Shown here: positions 1 to 12,596 of the stretch, piece after piece
Layout: each line of letters starts with the position of its first letter
Position numbering within the stretch: position 1 is the first letter of the stretch
Assembly: GCF_000019345.1 (NCBI RefSeq)
Contig: NC_010503.1
Location: 360,001 to 392,000, forward strand
Origin: Ureaplasma parvum serovar 3 str. ATCC 27815
GTDB taxonomy: Bacteria > Bacillota_I > Bacilli_A > Mycoplasmatales > Mycoplasmoidaceae
Reading direction: 5' to 3'
Length of the DNA stretch: 32,000 nucleotides
The notes under the pieces: generated by a model
What the model was told of the DNA's origin: nothing
Seen by the model: only the letters and a program-made list of their open reading frames with translations
The model's database searches: none
Program-made: the position numbers and the translations under genes

Positions 1-3000
1 CAAAGCCTCTTTTATAGGTCTTTGCCTTTTATTGTTTGTGTCAATCTTTAGTTTTAGTATGTTAACAAATCTTTCTAAAACATTAACAAGATCATATACA
101 AACTTAGTCAATAGACAAAAATTACATGATATAACTGTTAATGAAAGTTATATTGAAGATCAAAAAGATATTAAACAAGCTCAATTCAATAAGCTTTTAG
201 AAGAATTAAAAGTTTTTTATGCACAAAAAGGTTTGAATTTTGATTGAACTCGTTCTAATTCATTGATTGTTAATTCGACAAAAGATGATATTACTTATAA
301 AATTGTTCAGTATTCAACAAGTAAAACGATTAATACATTCGATAAACAAACAAGTGAACGTTTGATTAAAAATAGTTTTTCTGATATTGATTTATATGGG
401 ATTTTAAATAATGCTAAAGTAGATGTTATTGATTTAATCAAAACTAAAACTTTAAATGCCAGTTTTGTCATTAATAATTTAAAAGAATTAGACAATAAAC
501 AAAAAAGTAATTTGGTAAAATTAGCTAAAGTTGATAATTACGATGTTAGTATTAGTCAACAAGCACGACTTTATTTATTAAAAAATATTGTTTATGGTGC
601 ATGACCATCAAAAACCAATAATTTATATAAAAAATTTAAAAAAGCTTATGAATATAGTCTAGAAGATAAAAATTACGATCCTTTAATTGGTAATATAAAA
701 TTAAACAACAAAGCTAATTTTGATATTTTAGAAGCAAAAGAGATTAGCACACAATTCATTTTAATGTTATATCCATCAAAAAAAGGTATAAGTATAAATG
801 GTAATGTTAATACTATTGTTAAAGGGCATCGAATAACTTTTAGTTTTGAACCCGCAGGGATTCCTATTCCAGTCTATTTTGATGTTAAATCTGCATACGC
901 ATTAGTTGGTTTAGGTGCTTTTTTGTCTAATCATAACAAACAAAAATACCCAATGTATTTATGACAAAAAGCTTTAGTCGACCACGAAGAACAACAAAGT
1001 TTTGAAAAGTGATTCAATAGTTTGGATGAAAAATATATTATTCATATTGATAACACACCTTATTTAATTTTAGATAGTGGTATTACTCCTGATTTTATGT
1101 ATCCGATTATCTCATTCACTTCTGTTATTCCTAATCCAAAAAAAGAAGGACTAGTATATGTTAACTTAAATGGATATGCCCGTATTTACGATGCTTTTAG
1201 ATCTAATCCAATTGAAAATAATTTACAAATTCGTATCACAAATCAAAAGCATCAATCCGTTGATATCAGTATTTTAAAAAAAATTGTTAAAAATTTAAAT
1301 GATCAAATTAAAAAAGATGCTATCATGAACTGACCAACAAGTTTAGATGCTGCTTATTTAAAAGATGATACTAATAATCATATTACACCAAGCCCATTAA
1401 GATTAGTTTTCATTAACAAAATTACGAACACAATACAAACTTTTAGTGTTTTAATAACTTTATTTATTTTGATTCTAACAATTTTTGTAATTGTTATCAT
1501 CATCAACCGTTTTTTAGCACAAAATAAAATTAATATTGGTATTTCTATTGCTAATGGTGTTCCTCGTTGAAAAATCATTTTAAGTTTTGCTTTTATTGGA
1601 TTAATTCCATGTGTTATTGGTGGATTATGCGGTTATTTAACAGCTTATTTTACTCAAAATTTAGCAATTAATATTTTTAGTGGTTATTGATTAATTCCTA
1701 CAGTTTTAGAAAACTTTAATTTTGGTGCTTTAATAACAGTTATTATTTTCCCTTTTTTGTTGTTTTTTATTTTAATAGTTGGATTAGGTTATTGATCAAT
1801 AAGAAAACCACCAATTGATTTAATGCGTGGAACTGAAACATTTAAAATTTCTAAAATTGTTTATGTAATTAAATTTCCATTTAAATATATTAGTGGTTTT
1901 AATAAGTATTTAATTACACTATCTTTTTCATCAATTACAAGAATTATTATTTTTTCAATTATGATTGCTTTATCATTTGGATCGATTATGTTTTTAACTG
2001 GAACAAGAGGTAAAATTAAACAAACTATAGATGCAACATTACAAACAAAAAAATATCGTTATGGAATTGATTTAATAACACCAACAGATCAAGGTGGTCA
2101 ATATATTTCTTTAAGTACAAATCAAATTGGTTCTACATTAAATGATAATGATAATCATGAATTGACACAGAAATATGAAAGTAGTGATTATAAAGATTTT
2201 ATTAATTCACCGTTATTTAAAAATTTACAGAATTTGAAGTTAATTGGTGCAAAAGATGACCAGCGTCGAATTTATGATTTAAACTATATTGCTAATGCCT
2301 TTCAAGTTAAGCAATTTTTAGATTTTAATTTTGGCATTGGTGATGTTAATAGTGGTAGTTCAAGTAATCCATGAAGTATTACAAAGTCTTTAATACCTGA
2401 AAATAATTTACAAATTTTAAATGAAACTTATAAAAAATGATGTTCAAAATTAATTAATGACCATAGCATTTTTTCGAAACAATTAATTGAAAAAGGTGTT
2501 AATGAATTAGCTTATGATATTTTAAATATTCGTAATAGTTATGATCCTAATGAATATTTTAATTATTTTACATTTAAGAGTATTGTTGATACATATTTAA
2601 AACGATTTAATAAGTCTTTTTTAGATCAACATGTTACGTATGAAATTTTAGTACGCGTGCATAATAATTTATTTAATTATAAAAATATTTATGGAAAATT
2701 GGTTTTTAAAAATAATCAATGAATAATTAATTTTAAAGATAATAATTTTCCAATTGATGATCAAAACTTTGTTAGTGCTATTTATTATAAAAAACCTAAT
2801 GAGCAAAATTATGATTTAAAAAAATATATTTTTAAAAATGATGATTTGATTTATGATGAAGTTTATTTTGAACGTAATAGCAAACAAAATTATCATAAAC
2901 TAACTTATCAAACTTTTAGTTCTTATTTTAGAGCACGTTTTTTAAAATTTGATCCAGAAGGGGATTTTGATTATTATTTACCATTAAAATATTTTAATGC

Positions 3001-4681
3001 AACAATTGTTAGAAAAGAATTATTAGAGAATGCAATTAATAATGAAATTCTTTTTAAAAATGACGAAAATAAAATCATTAAAAAAATTAATTTTAAAAGT
3101 GATAATGATATAGTTGTTACTAAAATCAATGATTTAACTTATCAAGTTAAAAATATTATTAATCAACAGATTTATCTTTATTCTCCAAAACCCATTAAAC
3201 GTTCTTATAGAATTGATCCAGCAAAAGCTACAAATGCTATTAAAACAGGATTATCTATTAAATTGGATAATGATTTTATTAATTTAGTATTATTAACTCA
3301 TCCATCAATTAATCCATCGTATGCAGATGTTTGGTCAGGTATCACATTTAATATGGTAGGTTTTGATTATTTAACAAAAAATGATAAAACACAGTTAAAC
3401 GAATTTGATGAACCTTATATTTGAATTGATGCTCAGATTAATAAAATTAATAATCAAAAATATGAAGAAGCTAAAAATCCTAAAATTATTGGAATTATTA
3501 AGAATTCAAAGTTAGTGCATTTATTATCCAATAAAAAACAGATTAATAATTTATTATTTAATAAAAATGATGAGCAAGTAGCAATTATTAATCGAGTAGC
3601 TGCCAAATATTACAATTTAAAAATTGGTGATCATTTTAGTTTTGTTGCTAATAATCAAACAAATCGTTATACCAAAGATTACATAAAAAAACAAATCACT
3701 TTAAAAGTAGTTGGTATAATTGATACTTATCAGGGGATCGAAATTTATACAGGGATTAAAAATGCCGCTGAAATTTTAGGAATGCATAGTTCGCCATATG
3801 CTGATAAATCACTTTATGATGAATACGATGGTGCTTTCAATGGAATTTTTACAAATAAAAATAATCCAGCAATGTTAACACGTATTATTTCTATTTACTC
3901 ACCTTCGGGACTATATCCTATTTCTGAAACATGAAAAAAAGATGCACCAACTATTAATCTAATTAAAAATATTTTAAGTGATAAATATACTACATATGAA
4001 TTAAATAATAAATGAGATCCCAAATCATTAGTTTTAAACTCTCGCTTATCTTTAACTAAAGCCTTAGGTTATAAAAATTTTGATGAACTTAAATTAGATG
4101 CACGCAATATTTATGATGACAACCATAATTATTTAGGATTAAGAGATGAACAAGCTCAAGCAGAATGGGTAATTGATAAACTAATCAGTATTTATGGGCG
4201 TGATACTTATTCATCTACTTTAAATAATGTTGAAGTAGTTGACGTATTATTTGCAGTTTTAGAAACTGCTTCAAAAACAATTCAAACTGTTGAAATTGTT
4301 GTGATCTTTTTAATATTATTTATTATTATATTAGTACTTGTTTTAATTTCTATTAATTCATTGTCTGATACATTAAAAGTCGCTAAATTACTAAAAAATA
4401 TTGGTTATAGTGATTTAAAGAATGCTAAGTTATTTTTAATGGCTTTTTTACCATCATTAATAATTGGATCAATTATTTCAATTCCACTAGTTATTGTAGT
4501 AATGCAAGTATTTAGCGAAATAATATTTAATAGTTTAAATGTTTTATTAACAACTAGTTTTATTTGGTGACATTTTTTAATTATTTTATTAATTGTTGCT
4601 ATCATTTTCTTATTAATGTGAGCGATTGCAATTTGAATCTTAAGAAGATCAAATATTGCTGATGCAAGTAAACGTAATTAG
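1..4681 (+). CDS. ABC transporter permease, FtsX-like, very large (partial, 5' end outside window; at least 1559 codons visible)
   Basis: One continuous frame (frame 2) from the window start to TAG at 4679-4681 when TGA=Trp; joins track ORFs 32, 263, 764, 1022, 1823, 2846, 3515 and 4301. Hydrophobic clusters near 1400-1790 and 4290-4660 flank long polar regions, and the central block (WSIRKPPIDLMRGTETFKISKI) is typical of FtsX/MacB-type permeases. Confidence 0.8.
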
Positions 4682-4710
4682 AAATTTAAAAAATATTTAG
4701 AATGTTATGA

Positions 4711-4716
4711 TATAAT
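4711..4716 (+). promoter_or_regulatory. putative -10 box upstream of nusA
   Basis: Exact TATAAT in the intergenic region; no convincing -35 box. Confidence 0.4.
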
Positions 4717-4740
4717 TTAACCAATAAGTAAAATGTGAAT

Positions 4741-4768
4741 GAAATGACGACCTTAGGGTTGTCATTTC
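4741..4768 (+). promoter_or_regulatory. 12-bp hairpin in the nusA leader (possible attenuator/terminator)
   Basis: GAAATGACGACC-TTAG-GGTTGTCATTTC, complementary with one G-U pair and a 4-nt loop; lies between a TATAAT (4711-4716) and the nusA ATG (4794). The following T-tract is weak (TTATTTAT). Confidence 0.55.
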
Positions 4769-4793
4769 TTATTTATATGAAAGGTTATAAAAA

Positions 4794-6170
4794 ATGTCTA
4801 ACTCATTTAAATCAAAAGAATTTATTGAATACTTTAAAGATACAGCAAAACAAAATGAAATTGAATTTGAAGTTTTATCTTCAATTATTAAAGAAGCATT
4901 TGAAAAAGCTTATTTACGAACACATCCTGGTGAAAATTTTGAAACAAATATTGATCTTAAACAAGGAACAATTAATTGTTTTCGAAATTTAGTGGTCGTT
5001 GAGAATGAAAAAGTACATAATGAAGATTTAGAAACATGTTTGGATGATGCTGTTGAAATTTTATTAGATGATGCTCGTAAAATCAATGCAAATGCTCAAA
5101 TTGGCGATCTTATTAAACAACATATTTCAATTGATAATTTTAAAAGTATTGAAGTAGGTCAAATTGGAAGTTTATTGCGTCAAAAAATTACTGAAATTCA
5201 TAATAAAAGAGTAGCTGATTTTTGAAAACCATCTTTAATGAAAATGATTCGTGCAAAAGTTGCAGAAGTTAATTATAACAAACAACGTAATGAAATTACT
5301 GGAGTAAAAGTTGAACTAGATGACCAATGAAAAACATTAGGTTATTTAAGTCGTAAAGATCGTATTGGTGATGAAAAGTTTAAGGTTGGTGAAACTTATG
5401 ATTTTCTTATTAAAGAAGTTAAAGAACAAAGCCGTTTATGGCCAATTTTACTATCTAGAACAGAGCCAGAATTAGTTGAAGAAATTTTAAAACGCGAAGT
5501 TGTTGATATTAAAAATGGAAATATTGAAATCAAAAAAATTGCTCGAATAGCTGGTTTTAAAACTAAGGTAGCTGTAAGCACTAATTTATTAAATATTGAA
5601 CCAGTTGCTGTTGTTGTCGGAAATAAAGGTTTAACTATAACGTCAATTTCTAAACAATTAAATAATGAACGTATTGATATTATTCGTTATGCTGATGACA
5701 AACGTATTTTTATTGCTAATGCCATTGGTTTAGATAAATTAAAAGGACTTTTAGTTCAAGAAAATGAAAGTGGTCAACGTTCTGCAATTGCTATTGTAAG
5801 CAAGGATGATTTACCAAGTGTTATCGGTCGTGGTGGAGCAAATATTCGTTTAATTGCTAAAATTACTGAATGAAATATTGATGTAAAAACAATTGAGCAA
5901 GCATTCGAAGAAAATATTTTATACGAAAAATTTGATGAAAAAATTTATCGTTCATGAAATATTGAATCAATTAATAAAAAAAATGTCACAAATGATGAAA
6001 TGTTAGCTTTAATTGATAGTATAGAAGATGATAAAATTGAACAAGATGTCCAATTAAATCACCCATTAAAACAACAAGAAAAAAAAGTTGTTTCTTCAAA
6101 TGATGAAGATGGTGAAAATGATGAAACACAATTAGAATATCTTGAAGGATTCGAAGATTTTAAATTCTAA
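4794..6170 (+). CDS. nusA: transcription termination/antitermination factor NusA (458 aa)
   Basis: Frame open from ATG 4794 to TAA 6168-6170 with TGA=Trp; sequence such as IEVGQIGSLLRQKITE, NNERIDIIRYADDKRIFIANAIG, and a KH-like segment LPSVIGRGGANIRLIAKITEWNIDV; position immediately upstream of ylxR-infB-rbfA. Confidence 0.92.
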
Positions 6171-6180
6171 TTTAAATATT

Positions 6181-6432
6181 ATGGCAATGAAAGTTAATGA
6201 AAGAACTTGTGTTTTTAGTAAAGAAAAATATCCTAAAGATCATTTAGTTCGCTTTGTTATTATTAACGGTGAGTTAATTTTTAGTTTGAATTATCATCGT
6301 GGGTATTATTTAATGATTCAAAAGAATACAAACATTCAAAAGGTGTGTCAATTTCTAAAAAAACGTTTTATGATTAAAAACGAAGAACAAGTTTATCGGA
6401 TTTTAGAGCAATTAATTCAATCATTAATTTAA
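6181..6432 (+). CDS. ylxR: YlxR/RnpM-family (DUF448) protein
   Basis: MAMKVNERTCVFSKEKYPKDHLVRFVIINGELIFSLNYHRGYYL...; RxC...K..L.RFV motif and location between nusA and infB. Confidence 0.82.
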   Translation: MAMKVNERTCVFSKEKYPKDHLVRFVIINGELIFSLNYHRGYYLMIQKNTNIQKVCQFLKKRFMIKNEEQVYRILEQLIQSLI

Positions 6433-6466
6433 AATATATAGAGTAATATAAGTAAGAGGTAAAAAT

Positions 6467-8311
6467 ATGGCGAAAAAAAATATCAAACAAAAGAAAGATA
6501 ATCGGATAGCAATCGATGTAAAAAAACACATTAAAAAAGTTGATGTTGGGGTTTTTGATGGTACATTTGTTTTCACATCACCTCTTAGTATTTCAGAATT
6601 AGCACCAAAACTAAATAAAAGTCCAAACGAAATTATTATGCGTTATTTCAAAAAAGGTGTTGTTTATAACTTAAACACTATTTTAGATGAAGAACAAATT
6701 GGTGAGTTATGTTTAGAATATGATTTAGATTTTAAAATTGAAAAGAATGTTAACACTGAAAATCTTTTAGAAAATATTTATTTTGATGATCTAGAAATTG
6801 ATTTGGTTGCTCGTGCTCCAATTGTAACAATTATGGGTCATGTTGATCATGGTAAAACAACACTTTTAGATACTATTCGTAAATCATCAATAACAGCATC
6901 AGAAGCTGGAGGAATTACTCAACATATTGGAGCTTATCAAATTATAAAAGACAATAGAGCAATTACTTTTATTGATACACCCGGACATGAAGCCTTTACT
7001 GAAATGCGTGCTCGCGGAGCAAATTTAACAGATATTGTGATTTTAGTTGTTGCTGCTGATGATGGTATTAAAATGCAAACTGAAGAAGCAATTGATCATG
7101 CTAAAGCTGCTAATGTTCCTATTATTGTTTTTGTTAATAAAATGGATAAATACGAAGCAAATCCTGAAAAAGTTTTAAATCAATTAAGTGCTAAAGAAAT
7201 TGTTGCTGAAGAGCTTGGTGGTGATGTTGTTTTTGTTAAAGGCTCAGCATTGAAAAATGAAGGAATTTCTGAATTATTAGATTCAATTTTATTGATTGCT
7301 GAATTAAATAATTACAAAGCTAATCCTAATCGTTTAGCTTATGGAACTACAATTGAAGCAAATTTGGATAAAGGTCATGGTCCTCTTGCTACATTGTTAG
7401 TTCAAAATGGCACATTACGAAAAGGTGATTATTTAGTTGTTGGTTCAACATATGGAAAAATTCGTAATATGTTTGATGAATATGACAACGAAATTGAAAT
7501 AGCATTACCTTCAAAACCTGTTAAAGTTTCTGGATTTGAAGAAGTACCAACAGCCGGTGATAAATTTTTAGCTTTAGCTGATGAAAAACAAGCACGTGCA
7601 ATAGCAAATGATGTTAAACAAAAGAAAATGCGTTTAGAACGTGCAATGTTACAAAGTTCGGATATTCGAACAAAAATTGCTAATGGTGAATTAAAAAATA
7701 TTAATTTAATTATTAAAGCTGATGTTCAAGGTTCACTTGAAGCTTTAAAAGGAATTTTTAGTAGCATTAACATTGAAGGTGTGACTACGACACTAATACG
7801 GAGTGCAATTGGAACAATTAGTGAAAGTGATGTGCGTTTAGCACAGACTTCTGATGCAATAATTATTGGTTTTAATGTCCGTGCTAGTCGAATTATTAAA
7901 GATTTAGCTGATTCAGTCGGTGTACAAATTATGAATTATGACATTATTTATAAATTTAAAGAAGATTTAGAATTATGAATGAAAGGTACATTAGACCCAA
8001 TTATTATTGAAGAAGTGATTGGCGAAGCCAAAGTTCTTAAATTATTTAAACACAGTCAAGTTGGAACAATTTGTGGTTGTCGAGTAATTAATGGTAAAAT
8101 TAAAAGAAATGCTTTGGTTCGTGTTTTACGTGATGGTATTGTTATATATAATTCAAAAATTGCGACATTACAACACAATAAAGATAGTGTTAATGAAGTT
8201 ATTGCTGATAAAGAATGCGGATTAACAATTGCAAACTTTAATGATATTAAAGAGAACGATATTATTGAAGTTTATATTAAAGTTGAAAAGAAACATGATG
8301 AGGTTAAATAA
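6467..8311 (+). CDS. infB: translation initiation factor IF-2 (614 aa)
   Basis: G1 [37 protein letters not shown]; track splits it at the TGA (Trp) codon 7976-7978. Frame and homology continue to TAA at 8309-8311. Confidence 0.97.
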
Positions 8312-8318
8312 ATAAAAT

Positions 8319-8669
8319 ATGGCAAACGAAGTTCGAGTTGCAAGGTTAGAATCTTTAATTAAAGATGTTATTAATAATGCGTTAGCGAATGAAATTAATG
8401 ATAAAATTGCAAAATTAGCACGTGTAACTGCAGTGCGTTTAAGTAATGATTTATCAGTAGCAAAGATTTTTTTAGACGCTCATAAACGCGAAAGTATGCT
8501 TAAAGTTTTAGAAAATGTTAATAAAGTTAGTGGCTTATTGCGTTCAAAATTAGCTGCGGAATGAACTAGTTATAAAGTACCGGAATTGCGCTTTGTAATC
8601 GATGAAACTATTGATTATGCTAATCATATTGATGAATTATTTAAAAAAATTAAACAACAAGAAAATTAA
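8319..8669 (+). CDS. rbfA: ribosome-binding factor A (116 aa)
   Basis: MANEVRVARLESLIKDVINNALANEINDKIAKLARVTAVRLSNDLSVAKIFLDAHKRE...; in-frame TGA at 8562-8564 read as Trp; stop TAA 8667-8669; directly follows infB. Confidence 0.9.
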
Positions 8670-8676
8670 TTATCCA

Positions 8677-9087
8677 ATGTTAAAAAAACAAAATAAAAAT
8701 AAAGAACAACACTGATTAGAAAAACATTTACGACAAAAAACAGGTTTGATTATTTCTTGATCAATTATTTTTGGTGTTTTAGTTTTATTATCAATTGGTT
8801 TTGGTTTAATTCTACATTTTTTTAACTCAAATAATTTAAGTATTCAATTAAGCTTTATTATTAATCTCAATAAATACTTAGTTAATATTACTAAAATATT
8901 AGATTATATCGGTTTTGCTTTAATTTATTTACCAATTATTTTTTTATTAGGTTGTTGAATTACTGGAATTAATGGCGTGCACGAATCATTATACTATCAT
9001 GTGTTTATTTGATTATTTTATTTCATTAGTGTTATTTTATTAATCATTACCATTTGTTTAAGTATTGCGACACACATATATTATTAA
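8677..9087 (+). CDS. hypothetical membrane protein (136 aa, about four hydrophobic segments)
   Basis: Not in the supplied track because of internal TGA codons. Hand translation: MLKKQNKNKEQHWLEKHLRQKTGLIISWSIIFGVLVLLSIGFGLILHFFNS..., closes with TAA 9085-9087; start 7 nt after rbfA. Confidence 0.7.
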
Positions 9088-9117
9088 AAAAGATAGGGTC
9101 ATACTCCTATCTTTTTT
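9086..9117. terminator. strong hairpin terminator at the convergent end of the nusA-infB cluster and the YgjP-like gene; may work in both directions
   Basis: AAAAAAGATAGG-gtcatact-CCTATCTTTTTT: 12-bp perfect stem with an A-rich 5' side and a T-rich 3' side. Confidence 0.8.
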
Positions 9118-9166
9118 AATTAATTTTTTATTGTATTTATCTTAATATTATAATCATTTTTAAATA

Positions 9167-9862
9167 TTAAAATTTAAGTTGATTGTTGTATATTTTTGCA
9201 TTTTTACAATATTTTAAAACAAAGTCCCAAAAGGATTTTTGATGATGTTGATATTTTATGTGGGCTAATTCATGAATAACAACATAATTAATGATATCTT
9301 GATCATAATGAACTAAAAAATACGAAAGGCCAATCGTGTGTTTTATTTTATTATAGACACCTCATTGGCTTTTGTAAAAGCCAAATACATATTTTTTTAC
9401 AGTTAGAGTAGTTATATTTTGGGCATTTTTAATAATTTGTGGAAAAATTATTTCTGCTAGGTATATTAAAATTTTTTGATAAAGCAATTTTGTATTAGTT
9501 AAATTCTGATTTTGATCATAAAGATAAATGATTTGTTTTTGAAAATTGAATTGACAATGAAAATTGTTATTTTTTATTTTTATAGTCGTAAATTTTATTC
9601 CTAATAAGATGATTCAATCTAAAGATTGTTCATCATACTTAATTTTCTTTAAGTCATTTTCATATATTTTTAAAATTTTTAACTTATTATTTTTAATAAA
9701 TTCTTCAGCAATATTAATTAATTTTAAGTGATTGATCAAACAAACAATTTGATGATTAATGATTTTGATTTTAATATATTTAATTCTTGGTTGTAAATAA
9801 ATTTTAATAAAATATTTTTTTTGATTAATTTCAAAATTTAATTCTTTAACAAAACTTAACAT
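9167..9862 (-). CDS. YgjP-like / DUF45 metallopeptidase-domain protein (231 aa)
   Basis: Minus-strand frame continuing past TGA=Trp: ...DQDIINYVVIHELAHIKYQHHQKSFWDFVLKYCKNAKIYNNQLKF*; the HELAHxxxxxHxxxFW signature is typical of the YgjP family. Confidence 0.8.
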
Positions 9863-9874
9863 AAATAATATATA

Positions 9875-11674
9875 TTAGTTTTCACTTAAAACTTTTACAA
9901 AAGCATCTTGAGGAACATCAACATTACCAATCGCTTTTAGACGTTTTTTACCTTCTTTTTGTTGTTCTAGAAGTTTTTTCTTTCTTGAAACATCTCCACC
10001 ATAGCATTTAGCAATCACATCCTTGCGTACTGCTTTAATAGTTTCACGAGCAATAATTTTTGAACCAATTGAAGCTTGAATAGGAATTTCAAATTGATGT
10101 TTTGGAATAACCTCTTTTAGACGTTCACAAATAATTTTTGACTTCCCATAAGCAAAATCACGATGAGCAATAATACTTAAAGCATCAACTTTATTACCAT
10201 TTAACATAATATCGATTTTGACTAATTTTTCAGCTTGGTAACCAATTAGTTCATAGTCCATTGTTGCATATCCTTTAGTAATTGATTTTAGTGAATCAAA
10301 AAAACTGTACATAATTTCAGCTAATGGCATTTTATAAATTAATTTTCGTCTTGTACCGTCAATAACTTCTAGATCATCATATATTCCTCTTCGGGACTGA
10401 CATAATTCCATAATTGCACCAACATAATTATCTGGTGTAATGATTGCTAATTTAACAAATGGTTCTTTAATAAGTTTAATACTAGTTGGTTCAGGCATTT
10501 TAGCAGGACTATCAATACTAATTTCTTGATTATTTGTTAATTCAATTTTATATATTACTGAAGGGGCAGTTAAAATTAATTCAATATTAAATTCACGAGC
10601 AATTCGTTCACGAATAACATCCATATGTAATAAACCTAAAAATCCACAACGAATTCCAAATCCTAGTGCTTGCGATGTTTCATATTCATAAGTTAATGCA
10701 GCATCAGATAAGGAGATTTTAGCCATAGCTTCTTTTAAATCATCATATTGACTAGTATCAATTGGGTATAAGCCACAATAAACCATTGGTAAAATTTTTT
10801 TATAACCTGGTAGTGGTTTATCAGCAGGATTATTGGTATGAGTAATAGTATCACCCACATTAATATCTTTGACTGTTTTGATAGCTGCAGCTACCCAACC
10901 AACTTCTCCGGCTACCAATTCTGTTTTATTAACAATTTTTGGTGTTCTAATTCCTAATTCACTAACAATATAATCTTTATTGTTAGCCATCATACGAATT
11001 TTATCTCCAACTTTAATTGTTCCTTGTTTTACACGTACTAAACAAACAACACCTTTATAAGAATCATAAAAAGAATCAAATATTAAGGCTTGTAATTTAG
11101 CATCATCTTTAGCATCTAATGGAGGTGGAACGTGTTTAATTATTGCTTCTAATACATCTTGAATGTTTAACCCCGTTTTTGCTGAAATTAAAGGCACATC
11201 CGCTGTATCTAAACCAATAACGTCTTCGATTTCTTTTTTAACACGATTAGGGTCTGCTGATGGTAAATCAATTTTATTAATTGTTGGAACAATCTCTAAA
11301 TTGTTTTCTAATGCTAAGTAAACATTAGATAAAGTTTGGGCTTCAATTCCTTGTGCAGCATCAACAACTAGAATTGCTCCCTCACATGCTGCTAAACTTC
11401 GTGAAACTTCGTAAGTAAAATCGACGTGACCGGGAGTGTCAATTAAGTGAATTAAATATTCATGTTTATCTTTAGCATGATATTTAATTTGTACAGCATT
11501 TAATTTAATAGTAATTCCACGTTCACGTTCTATATCCATAGAATCTAAAATTTGGTTTGTCATTTCACGTTTACTCAAAGTATTTGTAAATTCAATAATT
11601 CGATCAGATAATGTTGACTTCCCATGATCAATATGGGCAATAATACTAAAATTACGGATGAATTTTTTATCCAT
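9875..11674 (-). CDS. lepA: elongation factor 4 / GTP-binding protein LepA (599 aa)
   Basis: [30 protein letters not shown]..., [23 protein letters not shown]; ends KVLSEN. The track start at 11710 adds 12 unlikely residues; the MDKKF start at 11674 is preferred. Confidence 0.96.
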   Translation of the reverse strand: MDKKFIRNFSIIAHIDHGKSTLSDRIIEFTNTLSKREMTNQILDSMDIERERGITIKLNAVQIKYHAKDKHEYLIHLIDTPGHVDFTYEVSRSLAACEGAILVVDAAQGIEAQTLSNVYLALENNLEIVPTINKIDLPSADPNRVKKEIEDVIGLDTADVPLISAKTGLNIQDVLEAIIKHVPPPLDAKDDAKLQALIFDSFYDSYKGVVCLVRVKQGTIKVGDKIRMMANNKDYIVSELGIRTPKIVNKTELVAGEVGWVAAAIKTVKDINVGDTITHTNNPADKPLPGYKKILPMVYCGLYPIDTSQYDDLKEAMAKISLSDAALTYEYETSQALGFGIRCGFLGLLHMDVIRERIAREFNIELILTAPSVIYKIELTNNQEISIDSPAKMPEPTSIKLIKEPFVKLAIITPDNYVGAIMELCQSRRGIYDDLEVIDGTRRKLIYKMPLAEIMYSFFDSLKSITKGYATMDYELIGYQAEKLVKIDIMLNGNKVDALSIIAHRDFAYGKSKIICERLKEVIPKHQFEIPIQASIGSKIIARETIKAVRKDVIAKCYGGDVSRKKKLLEQQKEGKKRLKAIGNVDVPQDAFVKVLSEN

Positions 11675-11740
11675 ATAACAATCACTCTTTACTTTTTTTA
11701 AAAATATCAATATATTTTAAATTATTTTAAAGTAATAAAA

Positions 11741-11771
11741 ATAAAAAACAACTCTATTTAAAGAGTTGTTT
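11741..11771 (-). terminator. hairpin terminator downstream of the LemA-family gene
   Basis: AAACAACTCT-atttaa-AGAGTTGTTT (10-bp stem); read on the minus strand it is followed by a T-rich run. Confidence 0.65.
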
Positions 11772-11791
11772 CATGTTTTTTTGATTTTATA

Positions 11792-12451
11792 TTAAAAATC
11801 TGACAGTGATTTCATATCTACATCTTTACGCTCTTGTTTGTTTGCAGCATAAATTGGGAAAGTTTCAAGTTTTAATTTTTCAGCAACGATAACAGTCATA
11901 AATTGAAAAATCATAATATTTCAATCAGTTGCACGTGAGTTATAAGCACGTCGTGATGAAGCAATTTCATTTTCTAAATAACTTGATGTACTCATCAATT
12001 CCATTAAAATATTGGATGATTTCAAATCTGGATAACGTTCGAATTGAACATTAACTAAATTTTGAAGTTTATTTAATACTTCTTCATTTTTGTTAATATC
12101 ATTTGACATTTGAATACTTCGATTTTTAGTTATTTCATCTAATACTTTTTCTTCATATTTGTAATATGATTTAGTTTGTTCAATCATTTTATTTAATAAA
12201 TCGAACCGTTTTGTTTGTGCTACTTGGATGCTTGATGAAGCTTCATTAACACTGTTTTTAGTTTGAATTAAATGATTTTTAGTATTAAATCATCAAACTA
12301 ATAAAAAGATTCAACCAATAATTGAAATAATTGAAATAACTATGATGAAAATATATAAAGTTTTTTCGCCATTTGAAGCAACTACTACTTTTCGTTCGTT
12401 AGATACATTAGGGCTAATTCCATTTTCATCTTGTTCTTTTCATAAATCCAT
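11792..12451 (-). CDS. LemA-family protein (219 aa)
   Basis: Minus-strand frame with TGA=Trp: MDLWKEQDENGISPNVSNERKVVVASNGEKTLYIFIIVISIISIIGWIFLLVWWFNTKNHLIQTKNSVNEASSSIQVAQTKRFDLLNKMIEQTKSYYKYEEKVLDEITKNRS... One N-terminal TM followed by the LemA-type helical region with R(Y/R)xxN. Confidence 0.78.
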
Positions 12452-12596
12452 AAACTTTGCTCCTTATAATTAAATGATTTTAATAATCAATTAAAATTAT
12501 ATAATATAAAAATAGTAAAAATTTTTCTAACATGCTTAGTATGTTAAAAATATTTACGACAATTTAGCGAATTTTGCACATAATCAAGGAGAAAAT

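Noticed and set aside
307-495. Minus-strand ORF of 62 aa
   Set aside because: Lies antisense inside the continuous permease frame; no motif.
1378-1578. Minus-strand ORF of 66 aa
   Set aside because: Antisense to a TM segment of the permease; the hydrophobic and basic composition mirrors the coding strand.
4405-4605. Minus-strand ORF of 66 aa
   Set aside because: Antisense to the C-terminal membrane part of the permease.
4735-4992. Plus-strand ORF of 85 aa overlapping nusA
   Set aside because: Out of frame with the well-supported nusA, low-complexity Lys/Leu-rich product, and it spans the leader hairpin.
5396-5581. Minus-strand ORF of 61 aa inside nusA
   Set aside because: Antisense to a conserved gene; no independent support.
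7979-8311. Separate 110-aa gene starting MKGTLDP
   Set aside because: It is the C-terminal part of IF-2 after a TGA Trp codon, not an independent gene.
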